A stretch of 64,000 bases of DNA from contig SXSK01000192.1 of the NCBI GenBank assembly GCA_005793375.1, positions 2,039-66,038 of the forward strand, written 5' to 3'. A program made the position numbers and the translations under genes. Shown piece by piece: positions 1 to 9,709 of this stretch. The notes under the pieces were generated by a model. It made no database searches, had not been told where the DNA came from, and saw only the letters and a program-made list of their open reading frames with translations. Numbering within the stretch: the stretch's first letter is position 1; every line of letters begins with the position of its first letter. The DNA is from Verrucomicrobiales bacterium. GTDB taxonomy: Bacteria; Verrucomicrobiota; Verrucomicrobiia; Limisphaerales; UBA9464.

Positions 1-1295
1 ATCGGCAAGGCAAACTGTTGCATCACGATGTGTTGTTTGCCACAGCTGGAAGCGAAGGGCAACTCGCCCAAACAGCTGCCGCAGCGCGCCGGTTGGTCGA
101 ACAATTTCAAGTGGAGGCCATTGCCATCGGCAATGGCACCGCCGGTCGGGAGACCGAACAATTCGTTCGGGAGCTCCAACTTCCAGTGTCCATTCCCGTG
201 GTCCTTGTGAACGAGAGTGGTGCTTCCATTTATTCTGCCAGTGAGGTGGCTCGGGAAGAGTTTCCCAATGAGGACCTCACGGTTCGCGGTGCCGTCAGCA
301 TTGGTCGTCGACTCATGGATCCGCTCGCCGAATTGGTCAAGCTCGACCCCAAGTCGATTGGCGTTGGACAGTATCAGCACGATGTGGATCAGGCGGCCCT
401 TAAACGCGGTTTGGACGACACGGTCATCTCTTGTGTGAACCGCGTTGGTGTGGAGTTGAATACGGCGAGCAAGGCGCTGTTGAGCTATGTGTCCGGATTG
501 GGGCCCGGTATCGCCGGGAACATTGTCGACTATCGCAATCAGAACGGCGCATTTCGGTCGCGGTTCGATCTTTTGAAGGTGCCGCGTTTGGGCCCCAAGA
601 CATTCGAACAGTGCGCCGGCTTCCTTCGAATCCGCGATGCGGAGAATCCGCTCGATTCGAGCGCGGTGCATCCCGAACGTTACGAGCTGGTGGCCGCTAT
701 GGGGCGCGACTTGGGCTGTGGGGTCAAGGACTTGATGCAAAATGGGGCCGTGCGCAATCGGCTTCGTCTCGACAGGTATGTTTCGTCGTCCGTTGGGTTG
801 CCTACGTTGCGGGACATCGTGGAAGAGCTTGCCAAGCCGGGTCGGGACCCAAGAAAACAGTTCGAGGCTTTTCATTTCCAAGAAGGCATTCGCAAACTCG
901 AAGATTTGAAGCCCGGCATGAAGCTTCCCGGAATTGTTACCAACGTGACTGCGTTTGGTGCGTTCGTAGACATTGGTGTCCACCAAGATGGCTTGGTACA
1001 CGTCAGTCAGCTTGCCGACCGGTTCATCAAGGATCCGTCCGAGGTGGTGAAGGTGGCGCAGAAGGTTCAGGTGACCGTCACGGAAGTCGACTTGCCGCGA
1101 AAGCGGATCGCGCTCTCGATGCGGGCGAACCCCATGGCGGTGGCTGGTAAAGACACGAAAGGTACTCCGACGGCACCTGGTCCGCGGCTGCTGGGTCCAC
1201 GTCCGGGGCAGCGACCTCCGGATGCGTTTGCTGCGGATGGCGGCTTGGGAGCGTTAGCGGAGGCGTTTGATCGGGCGACCTCAAAGAAGAAATAG
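1..1295 (+). CDS. tex: Tex-like transcription accessory protein, C-terminal ~430 aa (5' end off window)
   Basis: The frame is open from the window edge. It has a YqgF-like 'AIGNGTAGRETE', an HhH region and a C-terminal S1 domain 'GMKLPGIVTNVTAFGAFVDIGVHQDGLVHVSQL', plus an extra Pro/Gly-rich tail. Confidence 0.85.
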   Translation, partial: RQGKLLHHDVLFATAGSEGQLAQTAAAARRLVEQFQVEAIAIGNGTAGRETEQFVRELQLPVSIPVVLVNESGASIYSASEVAREEFPNEDLTVRGAVSIGRRLMDPLAELVKLDPKSIGVGQYQHDVDQAALKRGLDDTVISCVNRVGVELNTASKALLSYVSGLGPGIAGNIVDYRNQNGAFRSRFDLLKVPRLGPKTFEQCAGFLRIRDAENPLDSSAVHPERYELVAAMGRDLGCGVKDLMQNGAVRNRLRLDRYVSSSVGLPTLRDIVEELAKPGRDPRKQFEAFHFQEGIRKLEDLKPGMKLPGIVTNVTAFGAFVDIGVHQDGLVHVSQLADRFIKDPSEVVKVAQKVQVTVTEVDLPRKRIALSMRANPMAVAGKDTKGTPTAPGPRLLGPRPGQRPPDAFAADGGLGALAEAFDRATSKKK

Positions 1296-1317
1296 TGGGC
1301 GTCAGGTTCTGGTGGTT

Positions 1318-1346
1318 CTTTGGGAGTTCATCACCGTTTTCGGTGA
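1318..1346 (+). repeat. CTTTGGAG-flank hairpin repeat, copy N
   Basis: 'ctttgggagttca' is followed by the hairpin tcaccg-tttt-cggtga, 23 nt after the tex stop, in sense orientation. Confidence 0.5.
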
Positions 1347-1424
1347 CATCGATCTGGGTGTCAGCTTCTTGACAACCTGTATCCGAAAGCCGGGGAGATT
1401 TTGCCATCGGAGGGCTGCGCGACA

Positions 1425-2897
1425 TCACTTCACTACGGTTTCCTGGAAGGCGTGGAGATGTCCGGCCGTACGGACGTAGAGGGTATCACCGATTGCCGCC
1501 GGCGTGGCTTGGACAGGTTCGCGCAGATCATTGCGCGCGAGGACTTCAAAGGTGTCGCCAGCGCGGACGACACACATGACGCCCCGTTGTGAGGTCACAT
1601 AGATTCTCCCATTTGCCGCGACAAGACTGGAATAATAATCACCGAGGGCGCCGAGTCGTTCTTCTTGGTACACGGCCTTTCCGGTGGCAGTATCGAGGCA
1701 GGTCAACAGTCCTCCGTTTTTAACCATATAGAAGCGGCTTTGATAATAGACCGGCGAAGCGACGTAAGGCAGGCCCTTCTTAAAGCGCCAGAGGATTCCG
1801 GAATCCGCGACACGGCCTGCGGCATCTGGTTTTACAGAGAAGGCTTGATTCTCCACTCGCTCGAAAATTGAGGCCATGGACTCCCATTCTTCGCGATCCA
1901 CAGCGTTGTCGCGATTGCCATCCAGATGCTTGAACCGTTGTTTGACGGCACCATCGGGCAATTCATTGAAAGTGAATTTGCCATCACGATTATTGTCGTG
2001 CTCTTGGGCGAAGGCCTCAAATGAGGGCATCGTGATGTGTTCCGCGTTGTGGTCGCCGCCGGTGGTCCAACTGGCGGCAAATAACATGCCGTCGCCGATG
2101 GCTGGAGAAGTGCAGGTGATGCGCGCCAATCCGCCGACTCGCCACCGCTCGACGCCAGACAAGGGATCGAGCCCTTTCATCCAATAGGTTCCGGGAACGA
2201 CAAGGTCAGTGCGTCCTTGGTTTTCCCAAACCACCGGGGTCCCGAAGCCCCGCCGCATTTCGGGTCGTTCGACGCGCCAGACCTGCATGCCTGTATGCTT
2301 GTCCACGGCTAGCAGGTGCGATCCGCCATCCTGGTCCAGCAATTGGATCACGAGATTGCCTACGACGATCGGTGAGGAACTGGCCCCATATTCGGTCTGG
2401 GTGAGGTTCATGGGCAGGCGCCACAGTTCGCGCCCATTGAGATCGTATGCCAAGAGTCCGAAGGAACCGAAATGCACGTATAAACGGTCGGCGTCGATGC
2501 AGGGTGTTGCAGAGGCTGGGCTGCCGAGCGTGCGATGAACCTCTTCCACCTTCTCGGGTTGGACGACCCGTCGCCAGAGTTCGCGGCCCTGACGTCGATT
2601 GATGGCGATGGTGGCCAATTGATTCGCGCCAATATGCGCGGTGATGAACAACCGATCGCCGCGTACGACCGGGGAGGAATTTCCGGCGGCCATGGGAAGA
2701 CTCCAGTTCAGGTTGTTGGTGGGGTTGAACTGAAGGGGTGGTTGGGCATCCAAAGCGGCCACACCCAAACCGTTGGGTCCGCGAAATTGCAGCCAATCTG
2801 CGGCAGCCAGTCTGAGTCCAGCAGCAATAGTGAGCGCGGTAACCCAACGAAGCGGGTGATTCAAGCCCGATAAAAAACCAACGTAGGATGGGAGCAC
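1425..2897 (-). CDS. PQQ-like beta-propeller repeat protein with an inserted EF-hand pair
   Basis: 490-aa ORF with a GVA..WLQFRGPNG N-terminus typical of secreted PQQ-like propellers. It carries two canonical EF-hand loops, DNNRDGKFTFNE and DGNRDNAVDREE. The listed start is GTG; a TTG 33 nt downstream (MNHPLRW...) is also possible. Confidence 0.75.
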   Translation of the reverse strand: MLPSYVGFLSGLNHPLRWVTALTIAAGLRLAAADWLQFRGPNGLGVAALDAQPPLQFNPTNNLNWSLPMAAGNSSPVVRGDRLFITAHIGANQLATIAINRRQGRELWRRVVQPEKVEEVHRTLGSPASATPCIDADRLYVHFGSFGLLAYDLNGRELWRLPMNLTQTEYGASSSPIVVGNLVIQLLDQDGGSHLLAVDKHTGMQVWRVERPEMRRGFGTPVVWENQGRTDLVVPGTYWMKGLDPLSGVERWRVGGLARITCTSPAIGDGMLFAASWTTGGDHNAEHITMPSFEAFAQEHDNNRDGKFTFNELPDGAVKQRFKHLDGNRDNAVDREEWESMASIFERVENQAFSVKPDAAGRVADSGILWRFKKGLPYVASPVYYQSRFYMVKNGGLLTCLDTATGKAVYQEERLGALGDYYSSLVAANGRIYVTSQRGVMCVVRAGDTFEVLARNDLREPVQATPAAIGDTLYVRTAGHLHAFQETVVK

Positions 2898-3002
2898 TGT
2901 GCTATCCAGCCACGTTCAGCGACGGTTGGCAAGAGCCGTAGCACGATTGAACGATTGAACTCCATTTCTGCCTGCGGCACGGTTCGTTGAACCACGTGTC
3001 TG

Positions 3003-5708
3003 ATGCGATTTAATTTCGAACACCGTCCCAAGATCCATCGAGGAATGGTGTCTCTCCTGGTCGCCTCAGCGTTCGCCTCATTTCTACTGTCAATGACAGG
3101 TCAGACCTTAGGGGTTGCCACCAACTCTTCGGTTCAGACATCGGGTCCCTTTGTGGAATCGACCTTTCCGTTTCTCGGTACGGTTTTGGAGGCGCGGAAA
3201 CTAGGTGCTGGCTGGCCAACCGACAATCTAACACCTCGAGGGTTGGTATTGAACCTGGGGCAACAGTTGTGGGTGGGATACGACACGGAACTCTTGAGAG
3301 TGTCGGTTGTTTGGGAGGGCGAGGGCTTGGGTGTGACTCCGGTTTCCATGTCCCAGATTTCTTATCGGACAGCGGGGGCCAAGGTGGGAGTCGGGGAAGC
3401 GCTCTTACCTACCATCCTGGGCACGCCCTGGCTGGCTAATGGGTTGTATCCAGGCTGGCAATTGGGAGTACTTCCGCAGCACCTGGATCCGCGCGAGTCC
3501 GACCCAGATGAGCGTCAAACGGGGCGGGGACCCTTGCCCCCGTATTGGGGACGTTTGCGCTCGGTGGTCCCGTCGCCCGACGGCGTGGTGTTGGACTATG
3601 ATGTTGCTGGAGCCCGGGTCCGCGAATGGCTCGAGGCTCGAAGAGTGGACGGCCGCGTCGCATTTCAACGGCGATTTTGGATGGAGCGTGTGCCCGAGGA
3701 GTTGACCCTGGTGGTTGGGCAAACAGCCGGAGAGTTGGAGACGTGGGTTCGGACGGAATTGACCGTCAGTCAACCCGGCAACAAAGCGCCCGGGGTGGAA
3801 TGGTTTGAGAATCCCGATAAGATCCGCTGCGTCCGGCTAGCGCCCAAGAATACTCCCGTGGAGTTCGCGGTGACGACCTCCTTGGACGGTGTTGTGGCGG
3901 CGTGGGGATTGGGCGGAAATAATCGGTTGCCTCGAGTGGATCGGCGATGGCCGGAGAGCGTGGTGACCCGCGGTGAGCTTTCCAAGAGCCGCGAGGCCTA
4001 TGTGGTGGACAACGTCCTGTTGCCCACGGACAACCCTTGGAAACGACAAGTGCGGTTGGCGGATCTGGCCTTTCTACCGGATGGTCGTGCAGCGGCTGTT
4101 ACGTTCGATGGGGACGTTTGGATGATCGCCGGACTGGGGGGTGATTTAGCGGCGGTTCAATGGACGCGATTCACCTCAGGATTACACGAGCCGATGAGTG
4201 TGTGTGAGCGGGATGGCGAGTTGTTTGTGTTTGATCGAAACGGGATCTGGCGATTGGTGGACGCCGATGGGAATGGCGAAGCGGATCGTCACGAATTGTT
4301 TTGCAATGGTTTTACTCAAGGGGCGGAGACGCGCGAATACGCGCAGAGTTTGCGTCGAGCTCCCGATGGATCGTTTGTGATTGCGAAGGGAGGCATTCAG
4401 GGAACGGTGTTAGGACGCCACAATGGATCGGTGCTGCGAATTTCGCCGGACGGTCGCGAGGTAACCGTGCTCGGTTACGGGTTGCGGTCACCTTTTGCCG
4501 CAGTGCATCCGCGCACTGGACGCGTCACATCGAGCGATCAACAGGGTAACTATGTGCCGGCGACCCCGATCCACATAATACGGGACGGACAATTCCATGG
4601 GTTTTTGAGCGAACTGCTGCCTAAGGAACAGTATCCTGCCCCGATCGAAGAGCCCGCGGTGTGGATACCGTATCCGGTGAACCCGTCGGGCGCGGGACAG
4701 GTTTGGCTCAACGACGCCCGCATGGGTCCTTTAGCTGAGTCCATGGTGAACATTGGGTATTATCGTCCGGAGTTGTTCGCGGTCTTGTGGAACTCCCGAA
4801 CAACGTTGCCGCAGGCAGCCGTGGTAAGCATCACCCGAGACTTGGCATTCGCGCCCTTGCATGGAGTGATCAATCCGCGGGATGGACAACTCTATGTGAC
4901 GGGATTGCAGATCTGGGGGAGTGTCGCGAAAGAACCGAGTGGATTGGCGCGGTTGAGGCATACTGGGGAACCGTCGACGTTGCCGCGAGAGGTGGTCCCG
5001 ACAGATCTCGGAGTGCTGATTCGATTTGACGTGGCACTGGATCTGGCGGCGGTGCAGGACTTGGGAAACTTCGCAGCCGAACGATGGAACCTCCGTCGGA
5101 CGCCGGCCTACGGATCGCCGCATTTCAAACTGGATGGATCCAAGGGGCAGGAAATGATGCGATGTGTGGGAGCCGATGTGTCGCGTGATGGCAAGGGGTT
5201 GCTGCTTCGATTTGCTGGAATGACACCGGTGATGCAGATGCGTGTCGGCTGGTCTCTCAGAACTCTTGGGGGGCGGCCCTTCGAACAGAATGTGTACTTC
5301 ACCCCGCGTGAGTTGATCCGTTTTGACGCCGAGGCTGAAGGCTTCGAAAAACTCCAAGACGTGGTGACACTTGTGGACCGCCCGGGGTCGGTTGCAACGG
5401 TGGCGAGTGCGGACGAGGGGCGTCGTTTAGCCGAAGTGATGGGGTGTGCGGCGTGTCATTCGGTTGACGGAACCTTGCTGGGCAAGGTAGGGCCGACATG
5501 GAAGGGGCTGTTTGGAAGCGACGTGATATTGGCTCGAGGCGATCGCGTCGTGGCGGATGAGATTTATCTGCGAGAATCGATCTGGGAACCCGCGGCAAAA
5601 GTGGTGAAGGGCTACGATACCAGTGACACCTCCATGCCGAGTTACGAAGGATTGCTGAGCGATGTTCAAGTGGATTCCCTGGTGCTTTACCTAAAGTCGT
5701 TGAAGTGA
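3003..5708 (+). CDS. Large secreted protein with a C-terminal mono-haem c-type cytochrome domain
   Basis: 901-aa ORF with an ATG start and a signal-like N-terminus. The C-terminus has 'GCAACHSVDG...MPSY', a CxxCH motif plus a distal Met, as in class I cytochrome c. Confidence 0.7.
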   Translation: MRFNFEHRPKIHRGMVSLLVASAFASFLLSMTGQTLGVATNSSVQTSGPFVESTFPFLGTVLEARKLGAGWPTDNLTPRGLVLNLGQQLWVGYDTELLRVSVVWEGEGLGVTPVSMSQISYRTAGAKVGVGEALLPTILGTPWLANGLYPGWQLGVLPQHLDPRESDPDERQTGRGPLPPYWGRLRSVVPSPDGVVLDYDVAGARVREWLEARRVDGRVAFQRRFWMERVPEELTLVVGQTAGELETWVRTELTVSQPGNKAPGVEWFENPDKIRCVRLAPKNTPVEFAVTTSLDGVVAAWGLGGNNRLPRVDRRWPESVVTRGELSKSREAYVVDNVLLPTDNPWKRQVRLADLAFLPDGRAAAVTFDGDVWMIAGLGGDLAAVQWTRFTSGLHEPMSVCERDGELFVFDRNGIWRLVDADGNGEADRHELFCNGFTQGAETREYAQSLRRAPDGSFVIAKGGIQGTVLGRHNGSVLRISPDGREVTVLGYGLRSPFAAVHPRTGRVTSSDQQGNYVPATPIHIIRDGQFHGFLSELLPKEQYPAPIEEPAVWIPYPVNPSGAGQVWLNDARMGPLAESMVNIGYYRPELFAVLWNSRTTLPQAAVVSITRDLAFAPLHGVINPRDGQLYVTGLQIWGSVAKEPSGLARLRHTGEPSTLPREVVPTDLGVLIRFDVALDLAAVQDLGNFAAERWNLRRTPAYGSPHFKLDGSKGQEMMRCVGADVSRDGKGLLLRFAGMTPVMQMRVGWSLRTLGGRPFEQNVYFTPRELIRFDAEAEGFEKLQDVVTLVDRPGSVATVASADEGRRLAEVMGCAACHSVDGTLLGKVGPTWKGLFGSDVILARGDRVVADEIYLRESIWEPAAKVVKGYDTSDTSMPSYEGLLSDVQVDSLVLYLKSLK

Positions 5709-5892
5709 CCGATGTCACGAGCCGACGAAGGATCAGTGCTGGGCTTGGTAGTGTTTCTCTGGCTCCTTTCCGGAGACCACGTGCGGGCAGCCACCAACAA
5801 TATCGGCCGTCGCGGACCCCAAGCGAATCGACGAGGTCGGAGCACGGGGGAGGCTTCCAGCGTTTGGCTGGGTAGCGGTACTTCAGGCGGAT

Positions 5893-5923
5893 AAAGCGGC
5901 AGCGGGCTGCCGACGCGCCAAAG
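5893..5923 (-). repeat. CTTTGGAG-flank hairpin repeat, copy F
   Basis: 'aaagcggcagcgggctgccgacgcgccaaag'. The stem is cggcag/ctgccg. It is near-identical in layout to the copies at 46369 and 63871. Confidence 0.65.
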
Positions 5924-6005
5924 GGCGCATCATTCCTGGGGTTGCGCCCTCGACAGGAAGGCGTGATGGCGGTAAATAGGCGGCAACACCAACAAATTAA
6001 CTTCC

Positions 6006-7091
6006 ATGAATCGTCGCACTTTTCTTCGGACGTCGGCTGCGGGCACTGCCGCCCTGGCATTTCCTCAAATCCTGGGGGCTCAGGATAAGACTGGCTCCAA
6101 GAACGCTATCATCGGCAAAGGCGAGCACACCTATGAATGCCTCCACAACTGGGGCGAACTGCCGTCTCACCTCAAATGGGGAGAAACGCACGGCGTGGCG
6201 GTGGACGCCGAAGGCTTGATTTATGTGAAGAACAACACGGGTCCATCGGGCTTGCGCCATCAAGACTGTATTGTGGTGTTCGATCCAAAGGGCAAGTTTG
6301 TGCGGAGTTTCGGCAATGAATACAGCGCGTTCAATATTCACACGGTGGGCCATGGCATCGATGTGCGCCTGGAAGACAAGACCGAATATCTATACCTCAC
6401 GCATACCTGGGCCAATTTGGTCACCAAAACGACCCTTAAAGGAGAAATTGTTTGGGCACTGAGCACTCCGTGGGAATCGGGTATCTACCAGGATCCGAAG
6501 CAGTTCATTCCGACCAACGTGGCGTTTCATCCGACCGACGGCGGCTTTTACATCGCGGATGGTTACGGCACGGGCCACATCCATCGCTATGATCGCAAGG
6601 GCAAATATGTGAGTACCTTTGGAGGAAAGGGTGGGCGTGATCAGCACGGCAAGTTTGCGACGCCCCACGGGATCTGGCTCGACGACCGGCCAGGGCGGGT
6701 GCCGCAGCTCTGCATTTGTGATCGTGCCAATGCCCGGTTGGAGTACTTCACGCTGGAAGGCCAGTATTCGAGTACTATCGAAGGCTTGAGCTATCCAGCC
6801 CACCTGGACATTCGTGGTGACGTGATGATGTGTCCGGACCTCCATGCCCGGGTGAGCTTGTTCGACAAGAACAACCATCTGATCACGCATCTGGGTTTTG
6901 ACCAGGCTTGGACCGACAAGGTGTTGAACAAGGGCGGACAGGGCGGGTTCATCATGCGAACCAAGCGTGAGACGTGGGAGAATGGGCGGTTTATCCATCC
7001 CCACGACGCCTGTTTTGACAAGGATGGGAATATCTTTGTTGTCGAGTGGGTCTCGACGGGCCGGGTGACTAAACTGCGAAAAGTCAGTTAG
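6006..7091 (+). CDS. Tat-signal beta-propeller (NHL-repeat-like) protein
   Basis: The twin-arginine leader is 'MNRRTFLRTSAAGTAALAFPQILGA'. Repeated '..FxxPHGIxxD..G..yv.D' style blades follow. Confidence 0.6.
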   Translation: MNRRTFLRTSAAGTAALAFPQILGAQDKTGSKNAIIGKGEHTYECLHNWGELPSHLKWGETHGVAVDAEGLIYVKNNTGPSGLRHQDCIVVFDPKGKFVRSFGNEYSAFNIHTVGHGIDVRLEDKTEYLYLTHTWANLVTKTTLKGEIVWALSTPWESGIYQDPKQFIPTNVAFHPTDGGFYIADGYGTGHIHRYDRKGKYVSTFGGKGGRDQHGKFATPHGIWLDDRPGRVPQLCICDRANARLEYFTLEGQYSSTIEGLSYPAHLDIRGDVMMCPDLHARVSLFDKNNHLITHLGFDQAWTDKVLNKGGQGGFIMRTKRETWENGRFIHPHDACFDKDGNIFVVEWVSTGRVTKLRKVS

Positions 7092-7846
7092 CCGGCCTTG
7101 AGTTCGATACCAACGGGACAGTGATCCGAGCCCATGACCTGGGCTTGGATGAAGGCGGACTTTAGGCGCGGGCGGAGGGTGGCGCTGAGGAGAAAGTAAT
7201 CGATGCGCCAGCCGACGTTCCGCGCGCGGGCTCCGGCCATGGGGCTCCACCAAGTATAGTGACTGCCGCGAGATTCGAATTGGCGGAAACTATCGAGGAA
7301 TCCGGCTTTGACGACCGCGGAGAATCCCGCGCGTTCTTCGGGGGTAAAGCCATGATTCTTGGTATTGGCCTTGGGGTTGGCCAGGTCGAGTTCTGTGTGG
7401 GCTACGTTGAGGTCGCCGCAAAAAATTACCGGCTTCTGTTTCTCTAACTTCTTGAGATGTTTGAGAAAATCTCGGTCCCATTCCTGCCGGTACGCCAAGC
7501 GGGTGAGTTCGCGTTGAGAATTGGGGGTATAAACATTCAGCAAGAAAAAGTCATGGAACTCTGCTGTCAGCACGCGCCCTTCCTGGTCGTGTCCGGGAAT
7601 TCCAAGACCGCGGGTGACATTCAAAGGTGGCACCACGGTGAAGATGGCGGTTCCGGAATATCCTTTTTTCGCGGCCTCATTCCAATGGGTGCGATAGCGT
7701 GTAGGCCAAAGCTGCTCCACATCATTCGGGCTGCAACGGGTTTCTTGCAGGCACAAGACGTCGGGTTGCTCGCGATCGAGCCAGTCGAGAAAATTTTTCC
7801 GCATTATGGAGCGGAGACCATTGACGTTCCACGAGATGAGTTTCAA
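7088..7846 (-). CDS. xth: Exodeoxyribonuclease III
   Basis: The 'ISWNVNGLRS' N-terminal motif, 'LCLQETR', 'GDLNVAH' and 'SDHCPV' are present. I moved the start to the TTG at 7846, which gives the canonical 'MKLISWNVNG'. The track ORF starts at a TTG at 7912 and would overlap the upstream gene. Confidence 0.85.
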   Translation of the reverse strand: MKLISWNVNGLRSIMRKNFLDWLDREQPDVLCLQETRCSPNDVEQLWPTRYRTHWNEAAKKGYSGTAIFTVVPPLNVTRGLGIPGHDQEGRVLTAEFHDFFLLNVYTPNSQRELTRLAYRQEWDRDFLKHLKKLEKQKPVIFCGDLNVAHTELDLANPKANTKNHGFTPEERAGFSAVVKAGFLDSFRQFESRGSHYTWWSPMAGARARNVGWRIDYFLLSATLRPRLKSAFIQAQVMGSDHCPVGIELKAG

Positions 7847-7883
7847 TGGGACGAGAGTGAACCGGAGCGATGTGTGAGGGAAT

Positions 7884-8885
7884 TTAAAACCGTTCTGGAA
7901 CCCCTTCCTCAAGCATGCGGAGACGGGGGATCAGGGCCTCTTTTTCGGCCAACTCGATCAGCCAGCGTGGCGGTTCGTCGAGGTCCTCAAAGGAGAGTTT
8001 GAACGAGCCGTAGTGCATGGGGACGAACCATTCGGAGCCAAGGTCGCGGAAGGCGCGCAAGGCTTCGTCAGGACCCATGTGGACCCGACGAAACGAATCG
8101 GGGTAATACGCTCCGATGGGGAGAAGCGCGATTTCGGGTTTCACGCGCTGACCGATTTCGCTGAAGCCTTCGAAGTACGCAGAGTCGCCGGCGTGATAAA
8201 TGCGGCGTCCGCGGTATTCGAGGACATAGCCACCCCATCCCCGCTTCATGTCCCCTAGGGTGCGTGCACCCCAGTGTTTGGAAGGCACAAAGGTGACCTT
8301 CCAGTCACCGGTGCCGAAACTTTCCCACCATCTTAGTTCGACGATTCTTTCGAAACCGAGCCGTTTGGCAAGGGATCCACAGCCCCACGGCATCACGGCA
8401 ATTTTTGGGGATGGCAGTTGGCGCAGGGTCGGCTTATGAAAATGATCAAAATGGGCGTGGGTGAGCAACACCAAGTCGATCGGTGGCAGGTCCCGTATGT
8501 GCATGCCCGGGCGCTTCAGGCGTTTCAGCAGAAACAACCAGTTGGCGAAGTTCGGATCGATCAGGGTATTCATCCCCGCGAATTGGACGAGGAACGACGC
8601 GTGACCAATCCAAGTGAGGGCAAGTTCTTCGTCCTTGAGGTTCGGAAACTCTGGTTTCTTGATAGAACCGGTGCGCCGGGTGCGGAGGGTCTTCCAAACC
8701 ATTTCGTGGAAGAATTTTCCCGGGTCGAAATGATTACTGGGGGTCAATTCCTTGAATGAGCGCGGTATCCGAGGGCGCCGAAAATTGCCGGACGGTTCAC
8801 TATTTGGATCCGCATTCATTAAGTCGCTCTGCTTTTGTAGCCGTAGGGACCCACCGGGGCAACGAATCCTTGAGCTGGATTCCAA
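7884..8885 (-). CDS. MBL-fold metallo-hydrolase (NAPE-PLD-like)
   Basis: The 'LLTHAHFDH' metal-binding motif is present, and the rest of the ORF reads like an MBL fold. An alternative ATG at 8819 (MNADPNSEP) is possible. Confidence 0.7.
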   Translation of the reverse strand: MESSSRIRCPGGSLRLQKQSDLMNADPNSEPSGNFRRPRIPRSFKELTPSNHFDPGKFFHEMVWKTLRTRRTGSIKKPEFPNLKDEELALTWIGHASFLVQFAGMNTLIDPNFANWLFLLKRLKRPGMHIRDLPPIDLVLLTHAHFDHFHKPTLRQLPSPKIAVMPWGCGSLAKRLGFERIVELRWWESFGTGDWKVTFVPSKHWGARTLGDMKRGWGGYVLEYRGRRIYHAGDSAYFEGFSEIGQRVKPEIALLPIGAYYPDSFRRVHMGPDEALRAFRDLGSEWFVPMHYGSFKLSFEDLDEPPRWLIELAEKEALIPRLRMLEEGVPERF

Positions 8886-9193
8886 TTCATCACAACCGGG
8901 TAGGAGTCACCCGTCGACCCATTTGGTGGCGCTTCGGAGGACTGCTGATGCTGCGTGTCAGAACTGATTCGGGCACCGAGAGTTGTCGAGAAGGGCATGG
9001 GTTGATCCTTTGAGACCATTCGGATCGGTTGTGGGGAGTTACTTGGTTGTAAATAAATATTAATAAATGAGTTGTGAATTTTTCCGTCGAGAATTTACCG
9101 GCCTCAATTTTGGTTGAAGTCCCGATGTGTGTTCTGAATAAACCATTGGGGATCGAGTCCAACGCTGCGATAAGTCGAGTTGAAAGACATTGT

Positions 9194-9637
9194 ATGAACA
9201 CTACACCAATCCTGGCGATGACGGCGATGACACTGCTGAGTTCGGCGGTCGTTCCGTCACGTGCAGGGGATCGGGAATGGGCGGTTGCTGGAAAGGTGCT
9301 GACTGGGGTTGTGGCTGCGGGGGTTCTAGCCGAAGCATTTCGACCCGCGCCAGTGGCTCCCACGACGGCGGTAGTTTATCAGGCGCCGCCGCAAGTCGTC
9401 TATGCACCTCCACCCCCCACTGTTGTTTACGTGCCAGCGCCGCCGCCTCCTCCGCCTCCGGCGCCGACAGTGGTTTATTACGCCGCACCCCCGGTCGCCG
9501 TTTATACCAGTCCCGTCGTGGTGGCGCCCTCAGTGTACTACCATCCGGCGCCCATTTGTTATGGTCCAGCCGTGCGCGTGAGCGTCGGATTTGGCGGCCA
9601 CGGCGGCTATCGAGGGTATCATCGCGGCTGGCGGTAA
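9194..9637 (+). CDS. Small secreted proline-rich repeat protein
   Basis: The internal ATG at 9194 gives the signal peptide 'MNTTPILAMTAMTLLSSAVVPSRA'. 'VVY..PPPP' motifs recur 4-5 times, and the tail is Gly/Tyr/Arg-rich ('GFGGHGGYRGYHRGWR'). Confidence 0.55.
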   Translation: MNTTPILAMTAMTLLSSAVVPSRAGDREWAVAGKVLTGVVAAGVLAEAFRPAPVAPTTAVVYQAPPQVVYAPPPPTVVYVPAPPPPPPPAPTVVYYAAPPVAVYTSPVVVAPSVYYHPAPICYGPAVRVSVGFGGHGGYRGYHRGWR

Positions 9638-9709
9638 GGCGTGGTCATTCCGCGAAGAGCCTCCTGACTTGCTCGATTCTTCTGGGTCAATTTCAAGCGA
9701 CATGATGGC

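Noticed and set aside
5712-5894. A 60-aa ORF (MSRADEGSVLGLVVFLWLLSG...) starting 4 nt after the cytochrome gene stop, with one hydrophobic stretch.
   Set aside because: It has no SD, it runs into a family repeat copy (5893-5923), its C-terminal half is Arg/Gly-rich, and I could see no codon-bias signal. It may be a small membrane protein, but this cannot be supported from sequence alone.
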